Source of the DNA: a virus
Virus record (IMG/VR): IMGVR_UViG_3300034418_003613
Span: 13,088 to 77,087 of that record
Reading direction: 5' to 3' (one strand)
DNA length: 64,000 bases
Below, in pieces: positions 10,226-20,396 of the stretch. The notes below the pieces were generated by a model that saw only the letters and a list, made by a program, of their open reading frames with translations, made no database searches and had not been told where the DNA came from. The translations under genes were made by a program, and so were the position numbers. Numbering within the stretch: the first letter of the stretch is position 1; every line of letters starts with the position of its first letter.

Positions 10226-10229
10226 GAGA

Positions 10230-10901
10230 ATGACAACAATAGGAGATGTAGTATCAAGAGTCAGAGGACAGGTAAAAGCAGAGGTGCAAGATGCTTTTGT
10301 TACTGACCGCTACATATATAGCCTTATTTTAAAGTTTGCTCAGCTGCTTATGCGTAGGCAGGATAGTGCTAATAAACTGATGAAGTTTAATAGTGTATGG
10401 CAGACGCTTCCATTTTTAAACTTGATTGAGGTAGATAGAGTTGAAGCTAGCTGTTCTGGTATAGCAAGTGGTTGTACAATCAAGAGAACTAAGGAAAAGC
10501 TTCCAACATTTATGGAAGGATACTGGGGTCCTCTGATTAGAACTGTTAGTTCTTTAGATGGATCTATAGAGTTACAGCCTACAAATCCAGGTACTTATAC
10601 CTCAATGTCTAAAACAACCTCTTTTAAGTACAATACAACAAAGTATTACTGGTACTTAAATGGCTATCTATATATGCCTAATATTGAATGGGATGCTATT
10701 AAGTTGGAGGGGGTATTTGAAGGTGACATATCTAGATGGACATGTGATGAAGATGATAACTGTGTACCTAGATACTTACAACAGTTTTTTGTACCGGAGT
10801 TTTTATTTGCTGAGATTGAACAGCAGGTACTTGCGGTAATATTTAATACAGTAAAAGTGCCTGCAGAAGATGCAGATAACAAACAGAGTGTTCATAGATA
10901 A
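10230..10901 (+). CDS. Tail ring/tubular-like structural protein
   Basis: Likely start MTTIGD at 10230. Contains 'YYWYLNGYLY..IKLEGVFE'. Synteny. Confidence 0.6.
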   Translation: MTTIGDVVSRVRGQVKAEVQDAFVTDRYIYSLILKFAQLLMRRQDSANKLMKFNSVWQTLPFLNLIEVDRVEASCSGIASGCTIKRTKEKLPTFMEGYWGPLIRTVSSLDGSIELQPTNPGTYTSMSKTTSFKYNTTKYYWYLNGYLYMPNIEWDAIKLEGVFEGDISRWTCDEDDNCVPRYLQQFFVPEFLFAEIEQQVLAVIFNTVKVPAEDADNKQSVHR

Positions 10902-10920
10902 TAATTTAAAGTAGAATACA

Positions 10921-11589
10921 ATGAATAATATACTCACAGACATACTTGGGATGTTGAAGAGAAGGGAGATCTCTAAAGTTGAGAATGGAGATTTTATCCC
11001 ATTTGCTAGATATAGAAAGAATCTACGCAGGAATAAAGGTGTACTTGAAGAACCTAAGGTTATTACAAGAATTACTAAAGCAGAGGACTTAGTAAAGTAT
11101 GTTGAGGACTCTATTCCAAAAGGCTATTTAGTTTATACTGGAGTTATTGAAGACTTTGGAAGTGGAGATACTCCCAACTCACCTTTTGGTGGAGAACCTG
11201 CAGAATGGACTGTGCGAGGTGGTGCAGTGAATGCACACACATCTGTACTTGTAGCACCAAGGAATTTAAAGATTATTGCTGCTACAGCAAAGATGACTGG
11301 AAATGCTGTAACTTTTTCTGCTGATGCTGATTTTGAATTTAAAATTTGGACATCGGATCAACTAGCAAATGGTAGGCCGAATGATTCAGGTATTTGGACA
11401 TATGCTGGTTCATTAGCTAAACGTTGGACTGTTGCTGATAATGGTAATCCTGGTTTTGTTGAAAATCTTAGCGCTCCTCTAGAAATACCAGCAGGCACAA
11501 TGTTTTCATTGGCAGCAACAATTAATGCTGGAAGCGTCAGTGCTAATGTAAATGAAGTTGAAGTTTCATTTTTAGTTGAATTACCATAA
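10921..11589 (+). CDS. Putative fibre/decoration protein, paralog A
   Basis: N-terminus MNNILTDILGMLKRR is shared with the 12308 gene. Beta-sandwich-like C-terminus. Confidence 0.5.
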   Translation: MNNILTDILGMLKRREISKVENGDFIPFARYRKNLRRNKGVLEEPKVITRITKAEDLVKYVEDSIPKGYLVYTGVIEDFGSGDTPNSPFGGEPAEWTVRGGAVNAHTSVLVAPRNLKIIAATAKMTGNAVTFSADADFEFKIWTSDQLANGRPNDSGIWTYAGSLAKRWTVADNGNPGFVENLSAPLEIPAGTMFSLAATINAGSVSANVNEVEVSFLVELP

Positions 11590-11593
11590 GGTT

Positions 11594-11803
11594 ATGCCTC
11601 CAAGAAAAAAAGCACCTGCAAAAAAGAAAAGCACAGTTAATGCTTCTGGTAACTATACGAAGCCTGGTATGCGTAAGAAACTATTTAATCAGATTAAAGC
11701 CGGAAGTAAAGGTGGACGTCCTGGTCAATGGTCTGCACGTAAAGCACAGATGTTAGCCAAGCGATATAAGGCTGCTGGTGGCGGTTATAAAACTAAGAAG
11801 TAA
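11594..11803 (+). CDS. Small Lys-rich basic protein
   Basis: MPPRKKAPAKKK...GQWSARKAQMLAKRYKAAGGGYK, a type I recall as common in aquatic phages (DUF5872-like, from memory). Confidence 0.7.
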   Translation: MPPRKKAPAKKKSTVNASGNYTKPGMRKKLFNQIKAGSKGGRPGQWSARKAQMLAKRYKAAGGGYKTKK

Positions 11804-12069
11804 TGGCTAGTTCTAGAAAACAACAAGCTGCAATAGCAGTGAATATGAAGCAGAAGGGTAAGAAACCTAAGGGTGCAAAACCTATGGCTAAGAGTGTTTA
11901 TAAGAAAGGTGGATCTACTAGCATGAAGTCTGTAAAAGCTCCTGAGGGTTTTCATTGGATGAAGGACGGATCTGGATATAAGTTGATGAAACACTCTGGC
12001 AAATTTGTAAAGCATCCTGGTGCGTCATTAACAGCTAAATTTAAGATCCAAAAGAAACATAGCAAGTAA
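11803..12069 (+). CDS. Small Lys-rich basic protein
   Basis: 88 aa, TAATG coupled. Contains YKKGG and KAPEGFHWMK. Confidence 0.7.
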   Translation: MASSRKQQAAIAVNMKQKGKKPKGAKPMAKSVYKKGGSTSMKSVKAPEGFHWMKDGSGYKLMKHSGKFVKHPGASLTAKFKIQKKHSK

Positions 12070-12311
12070 TGGCAAAGACGGCAAGGCAAAAGAGTTTAGA
12101 TAGATGGACTAAGCAGAAGTGGAGAACACCTTCTGGTAAGAAATCTTCTGAGACAGGAGAAGTGTATGCGCCGTCTGCTACTATCAGAAAGCTTAAGAGT
12201 ACTGCAGCTGGTAGAAAGAAGTTAGCTGCTGCTAATAAAAAGAAACGTGCTGCTACTAAAAAAGGTAAGCAGCATGCAAAACATGGACTACATAAAGGCA
12301 AGAAGAGATGA
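12069..12311 (+). CDS. Small Lys/Arg-rich basic protein
   Basis: 80 aa, QKSLDRWTKQKWRT..., TAATG coupled. Confidence 0.7.
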   Translation: MAKTARQKSLDRWTKQKWRTPSGKKSSETGEVYAPSATIRKLKSTAAGRKKLAAANKKKRAATKKGKQHAKHGLHKGKKR

Positions 12312-12838
12312 GTAATATTTTACAAGACATAATGGGAATGATTAAACGTAGGTTGTTTATATCTATTCCTAGTGATGAAGATTTCTTTTTTATTAGTAAA
12401 AGAACTAAAACTGTAAAGAAAGAATTAAAACCAGAACCTGAGGCTGATTCTAATTTGATAAAGGCAAAGGATTTAAAATCCTATGTAATCCAGGATACAA
12501 AGTTTATTATACCTAGATTGATTGAAGGTAGTGGTGGAGATGTATTTGATCTTACAGCTTCTGATGACTGGATGATTTATCTAAAGCACACACAAGTTGG
12601 AAATGCTACCTATCAAGTGCTATTACCAGATGCAACATCAGTAGCTTACAAGTATAGAGTTATTCGTTTTATATCCGATGCCTCTATGCAGGGAAGCAAT
12701 CATGCTGAGCTTGTAACCTTTAATGGTCAGTTTATAGATGAAAGCAGCTCCAACTATCAGATTAATCAACATTTTGAAGGTATTACTCTTTGGTCCGATG
12801 GAACAAGATGGATTGTTATTCAAGCTAAAGCACACTAA
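12308..12838 (+). CDS. Putative fibre/decoration protein, paralog B
   Basis: N-terminus MSNILQDIMGMIKRR. C-terminal fibre-type module (VLLPDA..QFID..ITLWSDGTRWIVI). Confidence 0.55.
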   Translation: MSNILQDIMGMIKRRLFISIPSDEDFFFISKRTKTVKKELKPEPEADSNLIKAKDLKSYVIQDTKFIIPRLIEGSGGDVFDLTASDDWMIYLKHTQVGNATYQVLLPDATSVAYKYRVIRFISDASMQGSNHAELVTFNGQFIDESSSNYQINQHFEGITLWSDGTRWIVIQAKAH

Positions 12839-12840
12839 TC

Positions 12841-13128
12841 ATGGCAGCTAAGAAGGATCCAAAGTTGACTAGAGCTGGTGTATCAGGTTATAATAAACCT
12901 AAGAGGACACCAAGTCATCCTACGAAGTCACATGTTGTTGTAGCTAAGAAAGGTGATAAGACAAAGCTTATCCGCTTTGGTCAACAAGGTGTAAAGGGTG
13001 CAGGTAAGAATCCTAAGAGTGCGAAAGATAAAGCACGAAAGAAGAGTTACTACGCTAGACATAATGCCCAGGATTCTAAGCCGGATATTTTTTCAGCACG
13101 TTACTGGTCTCATAAAGTAAAATGGTAA
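12841..13128 (+). CDS. Small Lys-rich basic protein
   Basis: 95 aa: GYNKPKRTPSHPTKSHVV..KLIRFGQQG..RKKSYYARH..SARYWS (DUF6321-like, from memory). Confidence 0.7.
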   Translation: MAAKKDPKLTRAGVSGYNKPKRTPSHPTKSHVVVAKKGDKTKLIRFGQQGVKGAGKNPKSAKDKARKKSYYARHNAQDSKPDIFSARYWSHKVKW

Positions 13129-13131
13129 ATC

Positions 13132-14010
13132 ATGAGCGTATCACATAAGTATAGAACTTTTGATCAGTTACTTGAAGATGTAACAGTAGATTTTTCTACA
13201 TATGCAATGGAGGGGATGATTGAACCTCAGCAGTTAATTAAAGTTGCAACGAGAGTAAATTATGATCTTGGTTTAAGAATCAATAGAACCAAAGAAGTGG
13301 TGCTGGATGTAGAGCATGGCAAGACCAAGCTTCCAAGTGACTTTTTCTCTTTGAATTATGCTTTTATGTGTGGTGACTATAGCATCTCTACTCAGATGCC
13401 CTCTGGTACACATGTAGAGACAGATAACCCTGTGCCTTATGTACCAGCTCCAGATGAGTCCGGACCATGTGATGATCCGGAATGTAAAGAAGTATGTGTT
13501 ATTAAGACCTGTGAAGACAAGAATCAGTATCAGTTAGTTCAGAAGATTGGTGGCGGAGAGTATAGAACTTACACTGCATTCTATCCTCTGAGGATACAGA
13601 ATGTAAATGATGCTACTTGTGATTGTCCAAATGTCGGAGAGCAAGCATCAGATATTGCTGAAATAAAAGACGGTTATCTTCTTACAAACTTTACAACAGG
13701 TAAAGTATATATTAGTTTCCAAGGAGCCATGGAAGACTCTCAAGGAAGATTGCTTGTACTGGACCATCCTTATTGCAATGAATACTACGAGTATGCCTTG
13801 AAGCAGAGGATTCTTGAGAACATGGTTTTTGCCGGAGAGAATGTGGCTAATCAATTAGGTCTAATAGAGGGACGCCTGAGAGCTGCAAGAAATAACGCAC
13901 TTGGATTTGTAAATACTCCAGACTTTAAAGAGATGCAGAAGATCTGGTGGTTAAACAGAAGAGCGCAGTATCACAATTACTATAATATGTTCAAGAGTTA
14001 TCCTGTGTAA
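13132..14010 (+). CDS. Tail tubular/ring protein
   Basis: 292 aa with 'KTKLPSDF', 'TNFTTGKVYISF' and 'YYEYALK'. Lies directly upstream of the muzzle gene as in crAss-like phages. Confidence 0.65.
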   Translation: MSVSHKYRTFDQLLEDVTVDFSTYAMEGMIEPQQLIKVATRVNYDLGLRINRTKEVVLDVEHGKTKLPSDFFSLNYAFMCGDYSISTQMPSGTHVETDNPVPYVPAPDESGPCDDPECKEVCVIKTCEDKNQYQLVQKIGGGEYRTYTAFYPLRIQNVNDATCDCPNVGEQASDIAEIKDGYLLTNFTTGKVYISFQGAMEDSQGRLLVLDHPYCNEYYEYALKQRILENMVFAGENVANQLGLIEGRLRAARNNALGFVNTPDFKEMQKIWWLNRRAQYHNYYNMFKSYPV

Positions 14011-14021
14011 CAAGGTGAACT

Positions 14022-17000
14022 ATGGCTAAGAAGAAACAAAATATTCAGAACAAAGGTGCTGACTCTGTAGAGACTAATGTTTTTGTGAAGGGTATGAACA
14101 AGGATATCAATCCTAGTTACGAACCCAAACAATCTTGGACTCACGCAAGAAACGCTGCAAACAATTCTACAGACGGTGATGTAGGAGTACTGGGTAACGA
14201 ACCAGCTAACTTAGCCTGTGGTGTAGTTCCATATACAGTTATTGGAACAGTGCATTTATATGCAGATGAGTGGGTGCTGTATACCACTGATAATACTAAC
14301 TCTGAGATAGGTCTCTTTGATGATAGTAAATGCGAGTATAAGACTTTGGTCAATTCCAAGTGTCTTAACTTCAACAAAGAGAATTTAATTCAAGGTGCCG
14401 CAAAAGAGAACTTTGACTGCAGTTGGCAAGTATACTGGGATGATGGGAGAAACCCGTCTCGTACTCTTAATCTAGACAATATTCCTTACCAGCAAACTGT
14501 TACCTCTACACCTGGTGATGATTGTGTTATCTATGAAGATACGACCATACTAGATTGTGAGAAACTCAGATTGGCACCTCTTCTTGACACTCCTATTGTC
14601 AAACTTTCCAAAGCTCCCGATGGAGGATCTTTAAGGAATGGTATGTATCAAGCTTATATAGCTTATACTGTAAATGAGCAGAGAGTAACAGACTATATTG
14701 GTGTATCTAATCTGCAGAGTCTTTTTGATCATGACGGCACTGCAGGGTCTCTGGATATTAAGGTGTCTAATCTGGATAAAGACTTTGAGTTTTTTGAATT
14801 AGTTATTCTTAGCAACAACGCAAATAATTATGCAGCCAAGAAGATTGGGTTGTATAGCACTGAGACTAGTTCTATTTCTGTTGACTATATAGATCAGTCA
14901 TTAGTCAGTATCCCATTAGAATTATTGCCAGCTAGAAGCCCTGCGTATGAGAAGTCAGATGCAATGTTTGTTGTTAATGATTGGCTTATACGTAAAGGTC
15001 CTACAGAACAATTTGATTTTAACTATCAACCCAGAGCTAATCAGATTAAGACTGAATGGGTAGTTGCTGAATATCCTGCTGAGTATTATCGTAAGGGAGG
15101 TAACAGCACCGGCTTTATGCGTGATGAGCAGTATGCTTTCTTTATCAGATGGATTTATAATACTGGTGAAAGATCTAAGTCTTATCATATTCCAGGCAGA
15201 CCGCCAAAGAGTTCTTTTAGAAATCAGTTTAATGAGCAGATCAATAGTAGTGAAGATGGTCTAGCAGGTGGCGGAGGTCTCAATGTTTTAAGCTCTAGAG
15301 AAAAGAACTTTCAGGTATACGATACATCTACCATTCAGGCGACAGGATTAAATAATCCTACAGGGGATGGAGGTTTGGTTATTGCCAAGGGTGAGATGAG
15401 TTACTGGCAGTCTACAGAGAAGTATCCTGCAACACAACCTGAAATCTGGAATGCTACTTACACAGATGTAACTACAGGAGTAAACATTGGTGGTACCGGA
15501 GACTCTCGCTTTGATTTATGTGGTAAGTATATCCGCCATCATAAGATGCCAACTGAAGAACGTGGGCCTGAGTTGCACTTGACAAATGATTCTAATAGTA
15601 GGATTAGAGTGCTGGGTGTACAGTTCAGTGATATCAAACCTCCGGTGTTTAATGATGGCACTGTCATACCAAATATAGTTGGCTATGAGATCTTACGAGG
15701 TTCAAGAGAAGGACAAAAGTCTATCCTAGCCAAGGGAATATTTAGGAATATGCGTAAGTACAATATTCCTGAGGGTGGGCAGACCGGGGGTAATCCTGTA
15801 GGTCTTTATCCAAACTATCCATACAATGATCTAAGACCTGATGTTTATTTCCATGATGGTCAGAGAAGAGATGATCATAGAACAGATGGTACTCAGAAGT
15901 ATGCTGATTCTATTGACGACTTTAAACCACTTACAAGTGTAGCTAAGAAGTTCTTTACATTCCACTCACCAGAGCTGATGTTCAAAAGACCTTTCTTGAA
16001 TGCTTATGAGACAAGACTATATGGAGATCTTTCCGGTACATCTGTAGGGCATTTTATTAAGTCAGAGAATCATCCTCAGAATAAATTAATCAGAAATATT
16101 GCATCCATCATTGCCAGTATTATTGGGATTGGCTATGCAATTTCAAGAATAAGAGGAACTCAGGAGTCTGAACTACAAGGTTTAAGTATAAATAATAATC
16201 TTGTTGCTAATGATTATTTAGATGTTGATGTTCTCGGTGTAGGTGGTGGAGCGTCTGTTCCATATGTACCTTTTGTTGGCCCACCAGGTACAGGTGCTCT
16301 ATACGAAACAATTAGTGCAGAACAAGGTATTAATCTTGGGGTAGGTAGTTTGTTTGATTTGCTAGGAGAGATATTACTACAAGATGTAGTCGATATAAGC
16401 ACTATTTGGTTGGGACAAGGAGCTGTTGATCTTACGATGAGCTTTGGGCAAGGTAAAAATCTTACTTTAGCTTCTCGAACACCAGGTACAGACTCTGGTA
16501 AGAATATTGAGAGATTTAAAGTTGAACATCCTAGTGGCAACCTTCCAAAGTTTTTACAAGCAGCCTTTGGTTATTTTATTGCTCGTTTCAATATTGCAGA
16601 TGGTGGAAATGAAATCATAGAGTTAATCTATGGTCTTATCAAGGAAGAGGATTTTGCATTTAAGCATAACTCTCACGGCTTCTATGATACATTTACTACT
16701 AGACCAAATGGTCAAGTGTATAGGACTAGAAATGAAGACTCAAACTATATAGGTAGTACATATCAGGCTTTTAATGGTTTTAAGATTAATAATCTATTTA
16801 GACCAGATACCGTAGCAGTTGCTACTACAGATAATATAGATGATCCTAGTATTGTAGATAAATCAAGATATGTTATTAGTGGAGATGGCGGTGGTCCATT
16901 TTCTGAGTCCGTAGCTAATAAATATTTAAGGAATCCTGAGCAAGAACAAAAGAGAGATATCTCAGCAGTTTATGGTGCTTTAAAGTTTGACGCTGAGAAT

Positions 17001-20000
17001 CAGTATGGTCAACTTGATGGCATTAAGCAGGTTCAGATGCGTGGTACAATAGAACTAGTATCAGCTAATAATCCTCAAACTAAATTTTCTTCTTCTCCTA
17101 TATTTGCTGGTGATGTATATATCAACAGGTATACTGAGAAAACCATTATGCCAATCTTTGCTGACTTTTTAAATGGTCAGCCAGATCAATATACTTATGA
17201 TTACCTGCAGCGTGTAAACATTCCATACCCAAGATATTGGATGGATACGCGGAAGTTTGATATGACTAGTTTGGCAAACGAGATTGTTGGTCTGTCTTTA
17301 CCCAAAACAAGTGATCCTTTACCATCAGATCTATTCTATTTAGATAGACATAATGCAAGCATTCATGGAAGCTTAAATATATTTGACGGCGATAATGATC
17401 CCAACCCTGTTTTTGCTATGCGATATGGGTATATGTATACTCATGTCAATGGTATTCAGGACTTCTTTGTAGAGTCAGAGTATAACCTAGCTCAAAGAGA
17501 TTGGGAGGAAGCTCAGGACAAGAGGTTCTATGATCCTTATGAGTATGCTAACACGGATGATTTATTTCATGCAGACATAATCAAGAAGGACAACTACTAT
17601 AAGTATGATATCTCTCTGAGTGTATCAAAGTTCCTCACTCAGATATCTAATTTTGGAGAGGTTCAAACTAGAGATTACGATCCTAAGGTTGCTGAAGATT
17701 GTTTTAGTTATTACCCTAAGAGATTAATATACTCTCTTCAGGCCAAGACAGAATCTAAGAAAGATTTCTGGAGAGTTTTCTTACCAAACAACTACAAGGA
17801 TTTTAAGAATCCTATCAATGTAATCAAGCCTATTAATAAGAGCGGTGCCTTAGTATTATTCCCATACCAGTCACCTCAGATGTTTCAAGGTCTGGATACA
17901 CTGAAGACAGATTTAGGTACTAAGCTTACTATAGGTGATGGTGGTTTATTTAGCCAACCTTTCCAGAACATTACAAACTCAGATTTATCTAATGAGTATG
18001 GATCATGTGAGAGTCATAGGACTGTAATTAATACACCTATGGGTGTGTTCTTTATATCACAGGCTCAGGGTAAGATATTCCATTACACAGGTAAGCTAGA
18101 GAACATTGCTAATAATGGTATGAAGTGGTGGTTCAATAAGTACTTACCATCTCAGTTGATTAAGCAGTTTCCAGCATTAGAAGAAACACCATTAGCAGAT
18201 AATCCTGTAGTCGGTGTAGGATGCCAGTCTATCTATGATGTAAATAATGATGTAGTATATTTCTGTAAGAGAGACTTTAGGGTTAAAGACCAGTATAAAG
18301 ATCAGGTCAACTATACAGTACAGAATGGTTTTACATTCAATGGTTTTGTACTGCAGCCGCAGGTAAATGACGATGCACCTATCCTAAGTACTAAGATTAC
18401 ATTAGGAGATCCTCTCTACTTTGAGGATGTATCTTGGACTGTAAGCTATGACCCTAAAGCTAAGGCTTGGATCTCATTCCATGATTGGCATCCAGAACTG
18501 TGCATGCCTAGCATTAATCATTTCCTAACAACAAAGGAAAAGCAATTAGATCAACCATATTGTCCACCAGGGTATAGTTATAATCCCGTAACTCAAAACT
18601 GTGAGATAACTATTGGTGACTCTGCCCCAGCAATTGTAAATGTAGAAGAGGTACTTGCTAATCTACAGACACAGACTTGTGATATTGATTTGGTATTATG
18701 CATGGACTACTCTGCAAGTACAAATGCAAATCAACAATCAATTCTTAAAAATCAACATCAGTTTATTTCTGATTTTTTAGACAATTCTGATGTACAGTCA
18801 GCTCTATCTTCTGGTAGATTACAAATGGGCTTTACAGCTTTTGGTAGTGCAGAAAGCACTTTTATGAATCTAAGAACTAGTGGCAATGTTCAAAAGACTA
18901 TGGCTAATACTTTTGATCCTGACACTGTTATTGATGGATTAGGTTTTAGTTCTAGTGCAACAGCTTACTATAACACATTAGATCCTAGCGGACAAAAAAC
19001 CAATTTCTGTCGTGGTATATATAATGCGTTTGAAGTTTTAAATTCTAAGAGTACTACAGAACTTGGTGATAGAAGTGGTAATGCTAATTTTATTCAGGCG
19101 GTAATAGTTATTACAGATGCTCGTTGTAGAGCTAATACAACCAGCCCTCCAAACAGCTTTAATGAAAAAAATAATTGCCGGGCTGGTGGTTCTTCAATTG
19201 GTATGACATATCAAAGCAGTCTTCTAGGTGGTGGTGGTCCAGCCAATCAGTATATCTACACTGTATGGTGTGGGGAGAATCAGGATGTTTTTGATAGTCA
19301 AGGCAATATTAAAATATCTGATGATTGTGCTAATGCAACTCAGGGTATTTATCCTTTTACCGGAAATGATATTTTAGATAATCTTACTGGTGATGCTAAT
19401 ACACCAAACAGACAGAATCAATATATCATTCTTTCGCAACAGCCATTGAATGACCAGAAAACAGATTATGTTGCACAGCAGATTATTAACTCTATTTGTT
19501 CTTTTTCATGCTCTTGTCCAACGGGTTACACTTTAGTATATCCGGGCAACAATGGTTACACAGAACCAACAGGTGACTGTAATGATGTTAATCCACCTAT
19601 ATGTAGAAAGATTGGGTGTGAATGTCCTCCTCCTATAAATCCTAAAGGACTCACAACGAAGATTGGTAACTGTGATGATGTTTATAAAGCAGGACCTAAT
19701 GGAGATCCTAACTATGTAAACCCTAATCCAGTTATCTGTAGTTTCTTTTATGAGGATATTACACCTGCCGTAACTACAGGTTCTGGTATATGGAGACATA
19801 ACTATAGGTGTGATTTGTTTGCTAACTACTATGGTGTAGATTATCCATGGGAAGTAGAGTTAGTAGAAAACACAGGTCAGAATGTAAACACTGTTAGAAG
19901 TTTAGAATATCAGTTAGAGTCTTACGTCTATAAAGGAGATCTGCACGATGGGTGTGGTGATGACAGATGGCATGATCTTGATTTCAACTTTGATGAGCTG

Positions 20001-20396
20001 ATTGTTCATAACACAGAACAAGTGTCTGGATTACTAAGAATCCACAATCAGTTCAAGAATGATCCGATGAAAGGATTAGAGTATCCAAAAGTGAATCTTT
20101 CAGATATTGAAATACTCTCATCAAAAGTTGAACAGAAATATCGTATTAATCAATTCTGGGATACTACCCATGATAGAGGTGAGTTTTCAAATGCTCAGCA
20201 AGAGATATTTAAAACACGCCGGAATGGTTATATCAGAGATTTAAACTCTGGCAACTTAGATTATAGCAAGTCTGCTTTTGAAAGAAAAAAGTTTAGACAT
20301 TACTATAACAAGTTCTTATTAACAAGAAGGATTTCAGCAGATAGAAAGATGCTGTTGAAGCTAAATAATACCAAACTTAATTTATCATTCAGGTGA
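14022..20396 (+). CDS. Muzzle / tail stabilization protein with inserted vWA domain
   Basis: 2124 aa. N-terminal 'FVKGMNKD', beta-propeller-like 'YWDDGRNPSRTLN', 'FMRDEQYAF', 'WTVSYD..WISFHDW'. vWA MIDAS DYSAS at 18705-18719. Confidence 0.75.
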   Translation: MAKKKQNIQNKGADSVETNVFVKGMNKDINPSYEPKQSWTHARNAANNSTDGDVGVLGNEPANLACGVVPYTVIGTVHLYADEWVLYTTDNTNSEIGLFDDSKCEYKTLVNSKCLNFNKENLIQGAAKENFDCSWQVYWDDGRNPSRTLNLDNIPYQQTVTSTPGDDCVIYEDTTILDCEKLRLAPLLDTPIVKLSKAPDGGSLRNGMYQAYIAYTVNEQRVTDYIGVSNLQSLFDHDGTAGSLDIKVSNLDKDFEFFELVILSNNANNYAAKKIGLYSTETSSISVDYIDQSLVSIPLELLPARSPAYEKSDAMFVVNDWLIRKGPTEQFDFNYQPRANQIKTEWVVAEYPAEYYRKGGNSTGFMRDEQYAFFIRWIYNTGERSKSYHIPGRPPKSSFRNQFNEQINSSEDGLAGGGGLNVLSSREKNFQVYDTSTIQATGLNNPTGDGGLVIAKGEMSYWQSTEKYPATQPEIWNATYTDVTTGVNIGGTGDSRFDLCGKYIRHHKMPTEERGPELHLTNDSNSRIRVLGVQFSDIKPPVFNDGTVIPNIVGYEILRGSREGQKSILAKGIFRNMRKYNIPEGGQTGGNPVGLYPNYPYNDLRPDVYFHDGQRRDDHRTDGTQKYADSIDDFKPLTSVAKKFFTFHSPELMFKRPFLNAYETRLYGDLSGTSVGHFIKSENHPQNKLIRNIASIIASIIGIGYAISRIRGTQESELQGLSINNNLVANDYLDVDVLGVGGGASVPYVPFVGPPGTGALYETISAEQGINLGVGSLFDLLGEILLQDVVDISTIWLGQGAVDLTMSFGQGKNLTLASRTPGTDSGKNIERFKVEHPSGNLPKFLQAAFGYFIARFNIADGGNEIIELIYGLIKEEDFAFKHNSHGFYDTFTTRPNGQVYRTRNEDSNYIGSTYQAFNGFKINNLFRPDTVAVATTDNIDDPSIVDKSRYVISGDGGGPFSESVANKYLRNPEQEQKRDISAVYGALKFDAENQYGQLDGIKQVQMRGTIELVSANNPQTKFSSSPIFAGDVYINRYTEKTIMPIFADFLNGQPDQYTYDYLQRVNIPYPRYWMDTRKFDMTSLANEIVGLSLPKTSDPLPSDLFYLDRHNASIHGSLNIFDGDNDPNPVFAMRYGYMYTHVNGIQDFFVESEYNLAQRDWEEAQDKRFYDPYEYANTDDLFHADIIKKDNYYKYDISLSVSKFLTQISNFGEVQTRDYDPKVAEDCFSYYPKRLIYSLQAKTESKKDFWRVFLPNNYKDFKNPINVIKPINKSGALVLFPYQSPQMFQGLDTLKTDLGTKLTIGDGGLFSQPFQNITNSDLSNEYGSCESHRTVINTPMGVFFISQAQGKIFHYTGKLENIANNGMKWWFNKYLPSQLIKQFPALEETPLADNPVVGVGCQSIYDVNNDVVYFCKRDFRVKDQYKDQVNYTVQNGFTFNGFVLQPQVNDDAPILSTKITLGDPLYFEDVSWTVSYDPKAKAWISFHDWHPELCMPSINHFLTTKEKQLDQPYCPPGYSYNPVTQNCEITIGDSAPAIVNVEEVLANLQTQTCDIDLVLCMDYSASTNANQQSILKNQHQFISDFLDNSDVQSALSSGRLQMGFTAFGSAESTFMNLRTSGNVQKTMANTFDPDTVIDGLGFSSSATAYYNTLDPSGQKTNFCRGIYNAFEVLNSKSTTELGDRSGNANFIQAVIVITDARCRANTTSPPNSFNEKNNCRAGGSSIGMTYQSSLLGGGGPANQYIYTVWCGENQDVFDSQGNIKISDDCANATQGIYPFTGNDILDNLTGDANTPNRQNQYIILSQQPLNDQKTDYVAQQIINSICSFSCSCPTGYTLVYPGNNGYTEPTGDCNDVNPPICRKIGCECPPPINPKGLTTKIGNCDDVYKAGPNGDPNYVNPNPVICSFFYEDITPAVTTGSGIWRHNYRCDLFANYYGVDYPWEVELVENTGQNVNTVRSLEYQLESYVYKGDLHDGCGDDRWHDLDFNFDELIVHNTEQVSGLLRIHNQFKNDPMKGLEYPKVNLSDIEILSSKVEQKYRINQFWDTTHDRGEFSNAQQEIFKTRRNGYIRDLNSGNLDYSKSAFERKKFRHYYNKFLLTRRISADRKMLLKLNNTKLNLSFR

